Origin: Desulfomonilia bacterium
GTDB taxonomy: Bacteria > Desulfobacterota > Desulfomonilia > UBA1062
NCBI GenBank assembly: GCA_963664325.2
Contig: CAXXDQ010000007.1
Coordinates: forward strand, 1 to 64,000
Direction: 5' to 3'
Length of the DNA: 64,000 nt
The notes under the pieces are model-generated. The model did not search any database and was not told where the DNA came from. It was given only the letters and a program-made list of their open reading frames with translations. The position numbers and the translations under genes are program-made. Position 1 is the first letter of the stretch. Each line of letters starts with the position of its first letter. Below are positions 40,720 through 50,800 of this stretch, one piece after another.

Positions 40720-41961
40720 TTAAACCTCCTTGCAGTCAAAGAAGAAACGGGCGATGTCCATCTTGACCGGGACGTCGGCGCCCACGCCGCAAAGGCAGGA
40801 CTGTATGGTTTTGATGTCGCGCCAGTGCTTCTCGACATGCCATTCCTTTGCATAGCCGGCCGAGCCCATCAGCTCCATGCCCTTGTTGACGGCGTTGATG
40901 CAGGACTGCTGAATGCGTCCGCCGAGCATCTGGGCGAACGTGTAGACCCCGGCGTTGCCCATGCCGCCCAGGTCCCCGGACTGGGCCATGATGTGCGCCA
41001 GGCTGAAGGATAGGAGCCGGGCGCAGGCTATCTCCTCGGCCACGGTGGCTAGGACCGAGGCGCACAGGGGGTTTTCCTTCATGATCGAACTGCCTTTTAT
41101 GGTGCGGGCTTCGGCCCAGTCCGCGACTATTTCAAAGAAATTCATGGCCGCGCCCAGGCTCGTGCCGCCCAGGAGCAGATTGAGCCAGCAAATGAGTTCA
41201 TGCAGCGCCCCTTCGCGCTCGATCACGAAGCCTTTCGGGACCCTGACCTGATCGAAGTCCACATCGGCGTTTTTGAGGCCGTTCAGACCGGTGGTTTTGA
41301 TGGGGCTGCCTTTTTTTACCCCTTTGGCATCAGTCGGGACAAAGGCCAGGCAGGGCTTTCCGTCCTTGCCAGCCGCCGCCACGCAGAAGAGGTCGGCATC
41401 GTGGCCCGACCCGAGCGGGCGGAGGCGAGTGCCACTTAATGTAAAATCGTCCTTGCCCGGGTTCAGGGCGGCGCACAGCGGGCGGCCGTCGAAGAGTGGG
41501 GCTTCCTGACCGATGACGCCCGTAGAGGGCAGGATCAGCGAGAAGTTTTTCAGGGTTTCTCCGAAATATGCCGGGGCCAGTTCTGTGCACAGGTTGTGGT
41601 CTGTATTGGGCTTCATGGAGATCACTGCGAAAGCTGCGAATTTCATGGCGGAGGCGAAACCGATGGCCGCGTCGGCCCGGCCGAGTTCGGTGAATACGGT
41701 CAGGATTCCCGGTGCGCTTGATGGCGCGTTCCATCCGTAGCCCCCCTGTTCCTCGGGCAAAACCAGGCGCTCGAAGCCGATATCGGCTATGAGCTTCTGG
41801 CGCATGGCGGTAAAGAGTGTGTCATACTCCTTCTGATAATCTAGTCGCTTGGCAAGGATTTCCCTCTCGGCCCATTGCCGGGTGGTGGCGGCGAAGCGGC
41901 GTGCCTCGTCATCAACCCACTGCCGCGGGAAGAGAAACAGTCCGTCCAGGTTTTTCTTCAT
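40720..41961 (-). CDS. Acyl-CoA dehydrogenase family protein (divergent)
   Basis: ELGRADA, FDQVRVP, MELMGSAGYAKEWHVEKHWRD. Confidence 0.85.
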   Translation of the reverse strand: MKKNLDGLFLFPRQWVDDEARRFAATTRQWAEREILAKRLDYQKEYDTLFTAMRQKLIADIGFERLVLPEEQGGYGWNAPSSAPGILTVFTELGRADAAIGFASAMKFAAFAVISMKPNTDHNLCTELAPAYFGETLKNFSLILPSTGVIGQEAPLFDGRPLCAALNPGKDDFTLSGTRLRPLGSGHDADLFCVAAAGKDGKPCLAFVPTDAKGVKKGSPIKTTGLNGLKNADVDFDQVRVPKGFVIEREGALHELICWLNLLLGGTSLGAAMNFFEIVADWAEARTIKGSSIMKENPLCASVLATVAEEIACARLLSFSLAHIMAQSGDLGGMGNAGVYTFAQMLGGRIQQSCINAVNKGMELMGSAGYAKEWHVEKHWRDIKTIQSCLCGVGADVPVKMDIARFFFDCKEV

Positions 41962-41976
41962 GCAACCTCCCTTGTG

Positions 41977-42705
41977 TTATATTTTTCTCAGGCCGTCCTT
42001 GCCCGTTGTCTTGTCCGGCGAGAAGAAGAGGGCCCCGGTATGAACAGGCTTGCAGTCGGAACCGGACTGTTCGAGAATGTCCCTGCCGGTCTCCGTGAGA
42101 CAGGCGTCGAACATGGCCATGTTCATGCGGATGATGGCATCGATGGCCTGTTCGCGCGTGAACTGCTTTTCCACGATGTAGCTGTGGATGATCTGCATGG
42201 CCATGCCGACCACTGCGTGACCCAAAATCATGGGATTTATGCCGGATATGATGCCCTGGTCCAGCCAGTTCTGGACATCTGCGGCAAGGTCATGCGCCCA
42301 GCTGTTGAAGGAGAACCAGGAGCTGGCGTCGAAATCCTCGTCAACGCCATAGCTGCCGCGCAGGACCATAAGTATGAGGTCGGGGTTGGCGTCTATGTAT
42401 TCGAAAAGCGCGTTATAGGTCTCATGCAGCTTGAGCGAGCGCTCGGAGCGGTCCCATATATTGACCGGTCGCCTGAGGTCTATCAGGTAGTCGCGGAGAT
42501 TCCTGAAACTGCCGCCCGTGATTTTCTCAAAAAGGTCGCGCTTGTCCCTGAAATAGATATAGAAGGTGCCCGCCGAGATGCCCACGGCCTTTACGATATC
42601 CATGACCTGGGTGTTATGAAAACCCAGCCTGCTGAAGAGCTCGGTCGCGGCGCGCTTGATTTTATCAAGCGTCTCCAGCCGCTTGGCATCTGAGATCTTA
42701 GGCAT
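41977..42705 (-). CDS. TetR/AcrR family regulator heading the dehydratase operon
   Basis: HTH IVKAVGISAGTFYIYFRDKRDLF. Confidence 0.92.
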   Translation of the reverse strand: MPKISDAKRLETLDKIKRAATELFSRLGFHNTQVMDIVKAVGISAGTFYIYFRDKRDLFEKITGGSFRNLRDYLIDLRRPVNIWDRSERSLKLHETYNALFEYIDANPDLILMVLRGSYGVDEDFDASSWFSFNSWAHDLAADVQNWLDQGIISGINPMILGHAVVGMAMQIIHSYIVEKQFTREQAIDAIIRMNMAMFDACLTETGRDILEQSGSDCKPVHTGALFFSPDKTTGKDGLRKI

Positions 42706-42786
42706 GGGGCCTCCCTCTTTATATCATCCTGGATATTAAAACCTGTCACAAGCAGATGTGCATCAAAGGTGAGAGTCTGAAGCAAA

Positions 42787-42844
42787 TGCAGAATAATGAA
42801 ACGTCATTATTCTGCAAAATAACGATGAACTTACAATATGTCAA
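42787..42844 (-). promoter_or_regulatory. Sigma70 promoter with adjacent 30-bp palindromic operator
   Basis: Minus strand TTGACA (42844-42839), 17 bp, TATTTT (42821-42816); TGCAGAATAATGA-aacg-TCATTATTCTGCA at 42787-42816. Confidence 0.7.
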
Positions 42845-43100
42845 TATCGTTAAAATTAGAAATGATTATGTTCGAATATTCGTTAATTCAATTTGGATAA
42901 AGTGTGTTGAAGATTACGGCATGTATTTAAAGAACAAGATAAATTGTAAAATAAATGAATAATTAAAATGTCTATTGACTAATTAAAATACTATTGCTAA
43001 TAATATGACAAATATGCTATGAAATAACAATAATAATTAATATGATAATGTAATTATCGGCTGTTTGCCGATTATATTTAATAATTAAAGGAGGTCTGTC

Positions 43101-46100
43101 ATGGTGGCCATAATATTATTCGGTCGGTGCCGGGGCATGGTTTTGCTTCCTCTACTCCGTAATCTTTCAATTCTGCTTCTGATTTGTTTCCTTATTACAT
43201 CCTGCAAACCAGATGCTCAATTCAGAGCATTTCCGACTAGCGGCAATGCCCCATTGACGGTGTATTTTGATGCCTCATCAGGCAAAGTCAAAGAAAACGA
43301 AAAGTTAACATACAAATGGGATTTCGACAGCGACGGTGTTACAGACGCAAAAGGACTCACCGCCTCGCACAGATATAACGCCGGTGTTTATAATGCGACT
43401 TTAACTGTCACAGATGAAAAAGGTATGTCAACCAAGACATCGCAAAAAATTAAAGCAGGATCAGGGGCGAGTATTCTGTCCGGTGCCTTGTCTGCAGACG
43501 CAGGAGAAGGTGAGGCAGAATCGGATCCCAATTACAATTCAAAGGGAATTACACCATTTCATAACTTTTCAAGCATGATGCCCTGTGAACAGGTCGATCC
43601 GTTCACAGGCAACCTTATGCTGACTCTGACACCATTTTCATTGCCACAGAAAGGCGGATGGAACCTGAATATCAATCTCGTTTATAACAGCAAGATATTC
43701 AGAGATCCGCAGTTCAAAGACATCGCTGAGGATTCCTGGGTCGGAATCGGCTGGTCGCTGCATATGGGACGCATCATCGCACCAGGCACACCATCGATGG
43801 CGGTTGAAATGCCGGATGGTTCATCGCATCAATGCTATTCAACCAATGGTGACGGAAGCAATGCCATTCAACCCTGGAGAACGCGGGAAAATTGGCTTAT
43901 CACCCGTGAAGATGAAATATATACGCTTGTTCTGGATGACGGGACAAAATATATCTTTGAATCCCTGGGCGGAGTGGTTGCCGGAAATAAAGTCTGTTAT
44001 CCGGCAACAAAAATCACCGATACATCCGATAATGATGTGATTATAAGCTACAGTCCCAGACAAACGATGTCCGGCAGACTGCCCTTTATTGACAATATTA
44101 GAGACACTTATGAAAGAGTAATCACCTTTTATCCCATCGTAAACGAAACCGGTCCATCATATTTGCAATCCATTTCATCAGGTGGGAGAACCTTTAATTT
44201 CACCTATTATAATGTTCCCGGGCAGGTAGGACCTTCAAGATATAAACTTCTAACAACTTTCAACGCGCCGCTGGATCAGAACTGGCGGTTCAATTACTAT
44301 GTGAAGAAGCCATTATTTGAACTGAAATCCTTTGTAACTCCAACAGGTGCCAAGATCAGTTATACCTACAACACAATGTCTTTTACTGATTTCAACAAAA
44401 GGCCGTTTAAACCCTTGAAGTTTCGTTCAGTAATTAAAAAGGAGCTTTCAGGTGACACCGTACCCGGCATCTGGGAGTATGAATATCAGAATGGCAACCA
44501 GACAAGGATTATTTGCAAAGACGGTTCCGATAAAATAGTAAGGGAAGAAATATACAATTTCTACGGTTATAACGATGTTGGCTACGGTTCTTTCTGGCTT
44601 ACCGGACTGGTAAGAAAAAAAACCCTGGGATATATATCAAAGGATGGGTTTCTTCGCAGAAGCCAGGAGGAAAATTATTCCTGGGACAGGCATATTGTAG
44701 TGGATCATGTTTCCGGCTCACTGCATTACGACGACAAGGTATATGCCCCTGTACTTAAGAAGAAAGAGATTATAAGAGGAACGAATAAAATATATACAAC
44801 AACTTATGATGGTTATAAGGATAATCCCTACGGACATCCAACATCAATAACCGAAACAGGCGACAGGACAAGAACGACAAACGTTGCATACTGGTATAAG
44901 GCTGATAAAAATATTGTAAATAACAGTCATGTAAGTTCAAAGACAGTCACTGTAGATGGCGAAAGCTATATCGATACATTCAGCTACTGGGAAAATACCG
45001 GCAAACTCCACACCAAAACGCTTATCGGTGTTACAACGACTTATGTCTATGACGGGTTCGGCAATCTTGAAATCATCACGGATGCAAACGGTCATTCAGT
45101 CAATTATGAAAATTACAAGTTCGGAAAACCCCAGACCATAGACAAGACCGAATATATTGAGAAATATGTAATAAATAATCAGTGGGGCGACACGGACCAG
45201 CAGTACATTGAGGGACGCGGCAATACTACATCCTATACTTATGACGGGTTAGGCAGGCTTAAAACAATAACCCCCCCTGTAGGTGCATCGACTGTTTATT
45301 CTTATCCGCTCCATGGCACATATGTGCTTGAATCAAGAGGCGGGTATTCGTTGTATACAATGTATGACTCACTTGGCAGGAAAACAGGCGCATATGAAGT
45401 CGGCGCATCAGTCAGAACAGACATCGAATATGACATACTCGGTCGAAAAATCTTTGAATCATACCCTTACAGTGTTGTATCTTTCACGCCTGCAGACCGG
45501 GAGGTTCAAAATCTGTCCCAGGATAATTATGATCCGAATTCACCTCCGGAAACACCAAGTCCGCCCTATGACCTTTCAGCGATACCTGGAGATACATATA
45601 TAACCATTGAATGGAAATGCGACTCAAATGAAGTATTTTTTGATATTAAGGACAACAGCGGGATTGTTTATCAGATGGGTGATATCAATGCATTTAGCCT
45701 ATACGGGCTTGAGCCGAGCACTGATTATCAGTTCCAGGTCAGGTCTGTGAGCTGGTATGACAGTACAATTACCTCAGAATGGGTATCTATCGGGGCAAGA
45801 ACAACAACTCCTGATACAACACCGCCTGCATCAGTAGAGAATTTCCATGCAACAACAAACGTCGATTCTGTCGAACTGACCTGGGACGGAAACACCGAGG
45901 CCGATTTGAAAGGGTACTGCATTGAATCCCAGGAACAGGGCAGCGGCGTCTGGAATTCCATAGCAAACCCCGGTTTTCCAGGAATGATAGAGGAATTTTC
46001 CTGCATCAAAGGCATGACATCCTGGACGGTGTTCAGTACCTTCATTAATCCTTTCTCAACTTACAAGTTCAGAATTCGAGCGGTGGACAGGAGCAGGAAC

Positions 46101-46148
46101 GAATCAAATAGTGTCGAATCCGGATGGGTAACACCCGGTCTGATATAG
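43101..46148 (+). CDS. Rhs/YD part 1: lipoprotein, PKD domain, N-terminal Rhs shell, two C-terminal FN3 domains
   Basis: Lipobox ITSC; WDFDSDG PKD; VDPFTGNL..YNSK; YD repeats (YTYDGLGRL, YDILGRK); GLEPSTDYQFQVRS and YKFRIRAVD FN3; no Rhs core. Confidence 0.85.
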   Translation: MVAIILFGRCRGMVLLPLLRNLSILLLICFLITSCKPDAQFRAFPTSGNAPLTVYFDASSGKVKENEKLTYKWDFDSDGVTDAKGLTASHRYNAGVYNATLTVTDEKGMSTKTSQKIKAGSGASILSGALSADAGEGEAESDPNYNSKGITPFHNFSSMMPCEQVDPFTGNLMLTLTPFSLPQKGGWNLNINLVYNSKIFRDPQFKDIAEDSWVGIGWSLHMGRIIAPGTPSMAVEMPDGSSHQCYSTNGDGSNAIQPWRTRENWLITREDEIYTLVLDDGTKYIFESLGGVVAGNKVCYPATKITDTSDNDVIISYSPRQTMSGRLPFIDNIRDTYERVITFYPIVNETGPSYLQSISSGGRTFNFTYYNVPGQVGPSRYKLLTTFNAPLDQNWRFNYYVKKPLFELKSFVTPTGAKISYTYNTMSFTDFNKRPFKPLKFRSVIKKELSGDTVPGIWEYEYQNGNQTRIICKDGSDKIVREEIYNFYGYNDVGYGSFWLTGLVRKKTLGYISKDGFLRRSQEENYSWDRHIVVDHVSGSLHYDDKVYAPVLKKKEIIRGTNKIYTTTYDGYKDNPYGHPTSITETGDRTRTTNVAYWYKADKNIVNNSHVSSKTVTVDGESYIDTFSYWENTGKLHTKTLIGVTTTYVYDGFGNLEIITDANGHSVNYENYKFGKPQTIDKTEYIEKYVINNQWGDTDQQYIEGRGNTTSYTYDGLGRLKTITPPVGASTVYSYPLHGTYVLESRGGYSLYTMYDSLGRKTGAYEVGASVRTDIEYDILGRKIFESYPYSVVSFTPADREVQNLSQDNYDPNSPPETPSPPYDLSAIPGDTYITIEWKCDSNEVFFDIKDNSGIVYQMGDINAFSLYGLEPSTDYQFQVRSVSWYDSTITSEWVSIGARTTTPDTTPPASVENFHATTNVDSVELTWDGNTEADLKGYCIESQEQGSGVWNSIANPGFPGMIEEFSCIKGMTSWTVFSTFINPFSTYKFRIRAVDRSRNESNSVESGWVTPGLI

Positions 46149-46158
46149 GAGGTCTGTT

Positions 46159-47802
46159 ATGATTAACAACAAAACATTTGGAACAATTGTACTGACGGTC
46201 ATAGTCTGTTTGTTATCAGTCTCCAGAGGGCTTTGTGCTGATGGTACGAAATATACCTATGATAATCTTGACAGACTGATAGAAATCAAAAGAGCAGATG
46301 AGAAAATAATTTGCCATACTGTGTATGATGATGATGTCAATGCAGCAACAATTTACAAGGAAAACAACTACGCTACTGAATATAAATACGAATCCTTTGG
46401 TGATCCTGATGTAAAAAAGGTGGTGAATGTTTCTACGCCAAATCAAGGTGATCCCAGGGTTGATCCGTATGGTAATTGGGATTACAGATACACGGTCCTG
46501 GGAAATACCGAATATACATATAATGCAAAAGGCAATCTCATAAAGGTTATAATATCCGGAGAAGACATATATGCCAACGAACATACCGCAATCCATGAAT
46601 ATAAATATAATTCCAAGCAGTTCCTGGTAGCGGAAATACATCCGGAGATGAATACATTCTCCAGCAGTTATGGGAATGTCAGTATTTCATATATCCGGGA
46701 CATGGCGGGAAACATCATATCAAAGACTGACGCAAGAGGAACAACCGGATATGCTTATGACGGTTTGAACAGGGTAAGGACAATAAATTATCCAGGCGAT
46801 ACCCCGGATGTCTCATACATCTATGACAAGGATGTTTTATGGCAAATGATATCTACACAATCGAACGGAGAGACCCTGATCGCCTACACGTACGGATATT
46901 GGCCTGACAACAAACTTTATACCAAGTCCTATAGCATCAATGGCAAAAACTATCAGGAGACCTTTACATACAATGATTTAAGAAATATTCAGACCATAAC
47001 CTACCCAAGTTCGAGAGTGATAACATATTATTATTACGGTGACGGCATAAGGATTGATCGTGTATACGACTCCGTTTTGAGCAAGAACCTGGTATCGAAC
47101 ATAACCTATCATCCGGGCAGTCAGATTTCAGGATATATATACGGCGACAGCACTAGCATAAGAACCGATATAGGTTATGACAGATTTCAGAGGGCGGAGA
47201 CGATAAAAGCAGGCACGGTGTCCAACATCGGATCAGTGACAAATCAAAAATATGGATATTCTTTTAATAACAATATCTCTACGATCACTGATAATAATAA
47301 TTCAGACAATACGATAGAACTTGTTCAGGATGGCCATGACAGGCTTACTTATGCATACGGTCCCTGGGGAATCTTGATGTATGGTTATGATTACCTGGAC
47401 AACAGGATAGAGATGACACGGATTTCCGGGCTGGATGTATGGGGCACGACTTACGGGTATGAGAATAATCGTCTAGTCAGTTCGAAAACGGTTATGATAA
47501 ATGGAGAAATTACTGTTAACATTCCTTATGATGCATCAGGCAACATCACCAAATCCGGGAATAACGAACTGATTTATGACTATGCGAACAGGATAACTCA
47601 TGTAGCGGGTGTCCAGGCATACTGGTATGACGGCAACGGGGACAGAATCATCAAGAAGACCGGTGGCAAAACCACGATTTATCATTATGGGTTCAATGGG
47701 AATGTAATATCGGAAAGTTCCGAATCTGGTCTGGATTTTATTGATTATATTTATCTTGGCTCGAAAATCCTTGTCAAATGCCACAAGAGAGGGGAGTCAT
47801 GA
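46159..47802 (+). CDS. Rhs/YD part 2: secreted YD-repeat protein (middle of shell)
   Basis: Signal peptide, then YTYDNLDRL, YAYDGLNRV, YDYLDNR, YDASGN, YDGNGDR; ends DYIYLGSKILVK; no core. Confidence 0.85.
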   Translation: MINNKTFGTIVLTVIVCLLSVSRGLCADGTKYTYDNLDRLIEIKRADEKIICHTVYDDDVNAATIYKENNYATEYKYESFGDPDVKKVVNVSTPNQGDPRVDPYGNWDYRYTVLGNTEYTYNAKGNLIKVIISGEDIYANEHTAIHEYKYNSKQFLVAEIHPEMNTFSSSYGNVSISYIRDMAGNIISKTDARGTTGYAYDGLNRVRTINYPGDTPDVSYIYDKDVLWQMISTQSNGETLIAYTYGYWPDNKLYTKSYSINGKNYQETFTYNDLRNIQTITYPSSRVITYYYYGDGIRIDRVYDSVLSKNLVSNITYHPGSQISGYIYGDSTSIRTDIGYDRFQRAETIKAGTVSNIGSVTNQKYGYSFNNNISTITDNNNSDNTIELVQDGHDRLTYAYGPWGILMYGYDYLDNRIEMTRISGLDVWGTTYGYENNRLVSSKTVMINGEITVNIPYDASGNITKSGNNELIYDYANRITHVAGVQAYWYDGNGDRIIKKTGGKTTIYHYGFNGNVISESSESGLDFIDYIYLGSKILVKCHKRGES

Positions 47803-50800
47803 TGAATATTTCAGTTAATTTCTGGAAAACGATCCTGATCGGGGTCATTTTAATCGGCAATAATTTATTGTTAGGTTGCAAGCCGACCGTATTTATAAAC
47901 GCATCTGTTGAAAACGGCAAACCCCCGCTGGAAGTAAAATTTGATGGTTTTAAAACGAAAGATTTGGGTAATGATATCATCAGGTATGAATGGGATTTCA
48001 CCAACGACGGATCGATTGATTCAACCGGAATCGAAACTTCACACATATATGATATACCGGGAAAATATTCTGCAAGGCTTGTAGTAACAGACAGTAAGGG
48101 CAATAGCTCGGAGGCAAAAAAGATTATCACAGTGGAACCATATGCCAGGCCACAGGCTGTTATTGAAATGAGCCAGCAAAGAGGTGAGGCTCCTCTCGAA
48201 GTCGTGTTTGACGGCTCTTTTTCGACTGATGAAGATAATGATATTGTCACATACAACTGGGATTTCGACAATGATGGCGAATTTGAAATAGTCGGATCGA
48301 TAAAGCCGGTTAAAATTTTTGAAAGCCCCGGTGAATATACTGTCAGGCTTCTCGTTATTGACGCGCAGGGACTTTCATCGGAAACAGCTGCAACTGTGGA
48401 TGCGACTGTACACAAAGAATTCCAGGCTGTTATTAAAGCAACGCCTGACGCAGGAGAATCTCCATTAAGGGTTGAATTTGACGGTTCAAGTTCCACCGAT
48501 AACGGTTACGATCCTATTTCAAGCTATGACTGGGATTTTGATAATGACGGGATAATCGATGTTTCAAACAGTGTTACCACTGCACATACATACGATAAAC
48601 CTGGCAAGTATACTGCAAAACTTATCATAACAGACAGCAAGGGCAACAAAGCTGAAGCGGTCCAGGTGATCAGATCGTATGGAAAAGAACGGGGTTATAT
48701 CCCTCTTTATATGCCTGGTGACGATTTTCCATATAAACATTACCTTGCTATCTTTGATTCCAGTTCACAGTCGTTGATTGAGACCATTGAACTGCCCGTA
48801 AGCGCTTCCGGTTATGCCGCCCATCCCAGCGGAAAAAAGCTATATTTCAGCCATTGGGAAGATACAGGAGAAGAGCTTGTAACATTTATCGATATATTTG
48901 ATACTTATACCAGAACTATCATACAGAGCATAAATGTAGGTAGTATCGGTTCAGTTAATAGCCTTGCTGTAAGTCCCAACGGAAAAAAGCTCTATATCGG
49001 CACTCATTTTGGTTTATATTCTCTCAAACTCAGTGACAACAGCTTTAATGTCGTATTAAGTGGTGGGGCTTTTTATAAGATGGCTTTCAGCAGAGATGGA
49101 GGGACAAGACTATACATAGTACATAGTTTTCCTCACGGATCCCAATATATAACAGAAATTGATACATCAAACGACAGATTTACAAGGGAACATTATGTAT
49201 CAGGTTACATATACGGTATTGAGTGTTACAATGTGGGGGCTTCCCCGAATTTTGCACAATTCAATGATTTTCAACCTTATGTTTACCTGCTAACACATGA
49301 TTCTTTTCCCGCCCCTCAACAAAATGAACAGACAAATTACATTACATGGGTGGAAACAGAATTTGCAGGAAATTATCTTTCCAATTATGTAAAAGAACTT
49401 CTCCCGGCTGATGGATATTTCAATTATCTCGCATCAAACTGGAATGGAACAAGATTATATACTGCCGAACAGTCTTCGGAAAACACAAGTAGTATTCTTA
49501 ATATAATAAAAATCGATACAGCCGATCGTATTATGGAAAACCTAATGTTGTGTGACATTGTAACGAAAGGGGGATTTGAATATTTATCAGGGTTTGGAGT
49601 CCCCATCTCTGACACAAGACTTTTCATATTGAGCCAGACAAATATTGATCCTGAATGGGATGAGGGGGATCCTATTATAACGTGTCTTTCCACGGATACT
49701 CTGTTATTAGATGAAACGATCGTTCTTCCTTATCATCTTGACTATGGGGTAAATAACTTCATGGTTTATTCTCTTAACAAAATCAGCGGGCGCATCCTTT
49801 CCGGTGGAATTCCATTGGCCGGTTATCCAGTTGTAATTTCCGACGGGAAGGTCACAAAGACATCATACACCGACGAAGACGGCTATTACACCTTCTATAT
49901 GCCGGATGGTTCGTACGATTTGAAGTTTTTAAACGATGACAGCCTTTGTTCTGTTGATGAAATGCCCCTTAATGTTAATGGCCAGGATATTGACATTCCC
50001 GATGTCGCGGAATTGCTTCATCTCGTTTGCAGCGTCAGTGATGATGTTATATACAGGGGTGAAAGCACAACCCTGTCATGGACGACAAGACAGGCAGAAT
50101 CTGTCAAAATAACTCCAAGTCTTGGCCAGGACATAGGAAGTGTTGATGTTAACGGGTCTCTAGATGTATCACCGTTAAAGAAAACTACATATTCAATTCA
50201 GGCCAGAGGCAACGGACGATCACTAACAAAAGAGTTGAGGGTTTCAGTATTGTATGTAGCTAAGATTCTAGAATTCAATTCTGACAGGACTACTGTTTAC
50301 GAAGGCGAATCGGTCACCCTTAATTGGGTGATTGAGGATGCGGAAGAAATATATCTTAACGGAGAAGAGATATGCGACAGCATCGGAAGCATTACGGTCA
50401 CACCCGGTCAGACGGAATCGTCGTATACAATCAGGGCGAGAGGGACAACTGGAGACTATATCATCCGTACTATAACAATATCGGTTGTTCCTCAAGTGGT
50501 TTACTATCACTACGATATTCTCGGGAACACCATAGCCCAGACGGATGATCAGGGGCGGGTGATAATGAAGGCGGACTTTTTGCCCTACGGTGCGGCCGAG
50601 CAGGACCTGACCGGCAGGGGGACTCCTGAAACCCGCCTCTACACAGGCAAGGAGCGTGACGAGACCGGACTGGATTATTTCGGGGCCCGTTATTATGACT
50701 CGAGCCTGGGCCGCTTCCTGAGCGTCGACCCGGCAGGGCCCGACCCCATGAATCCGATGTCATGGAACAGGTATGCATACTGCTTGAATAACCCTTATAA

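Noticed and set aside
42975-43006. Promoter for the Rhs operon (TTGACT at 42975)
   Set aside because: The -10 match at normal spacing is weak and the region is very AT-rich, so chance matches are likely
46148-47802. Idea that the three Rhs ORFs are one gene broken by sequencing errors
   Set aside because: Each has its own initiation and export signal, and extra folded domains sit at the junctions; single indels cannot produce this
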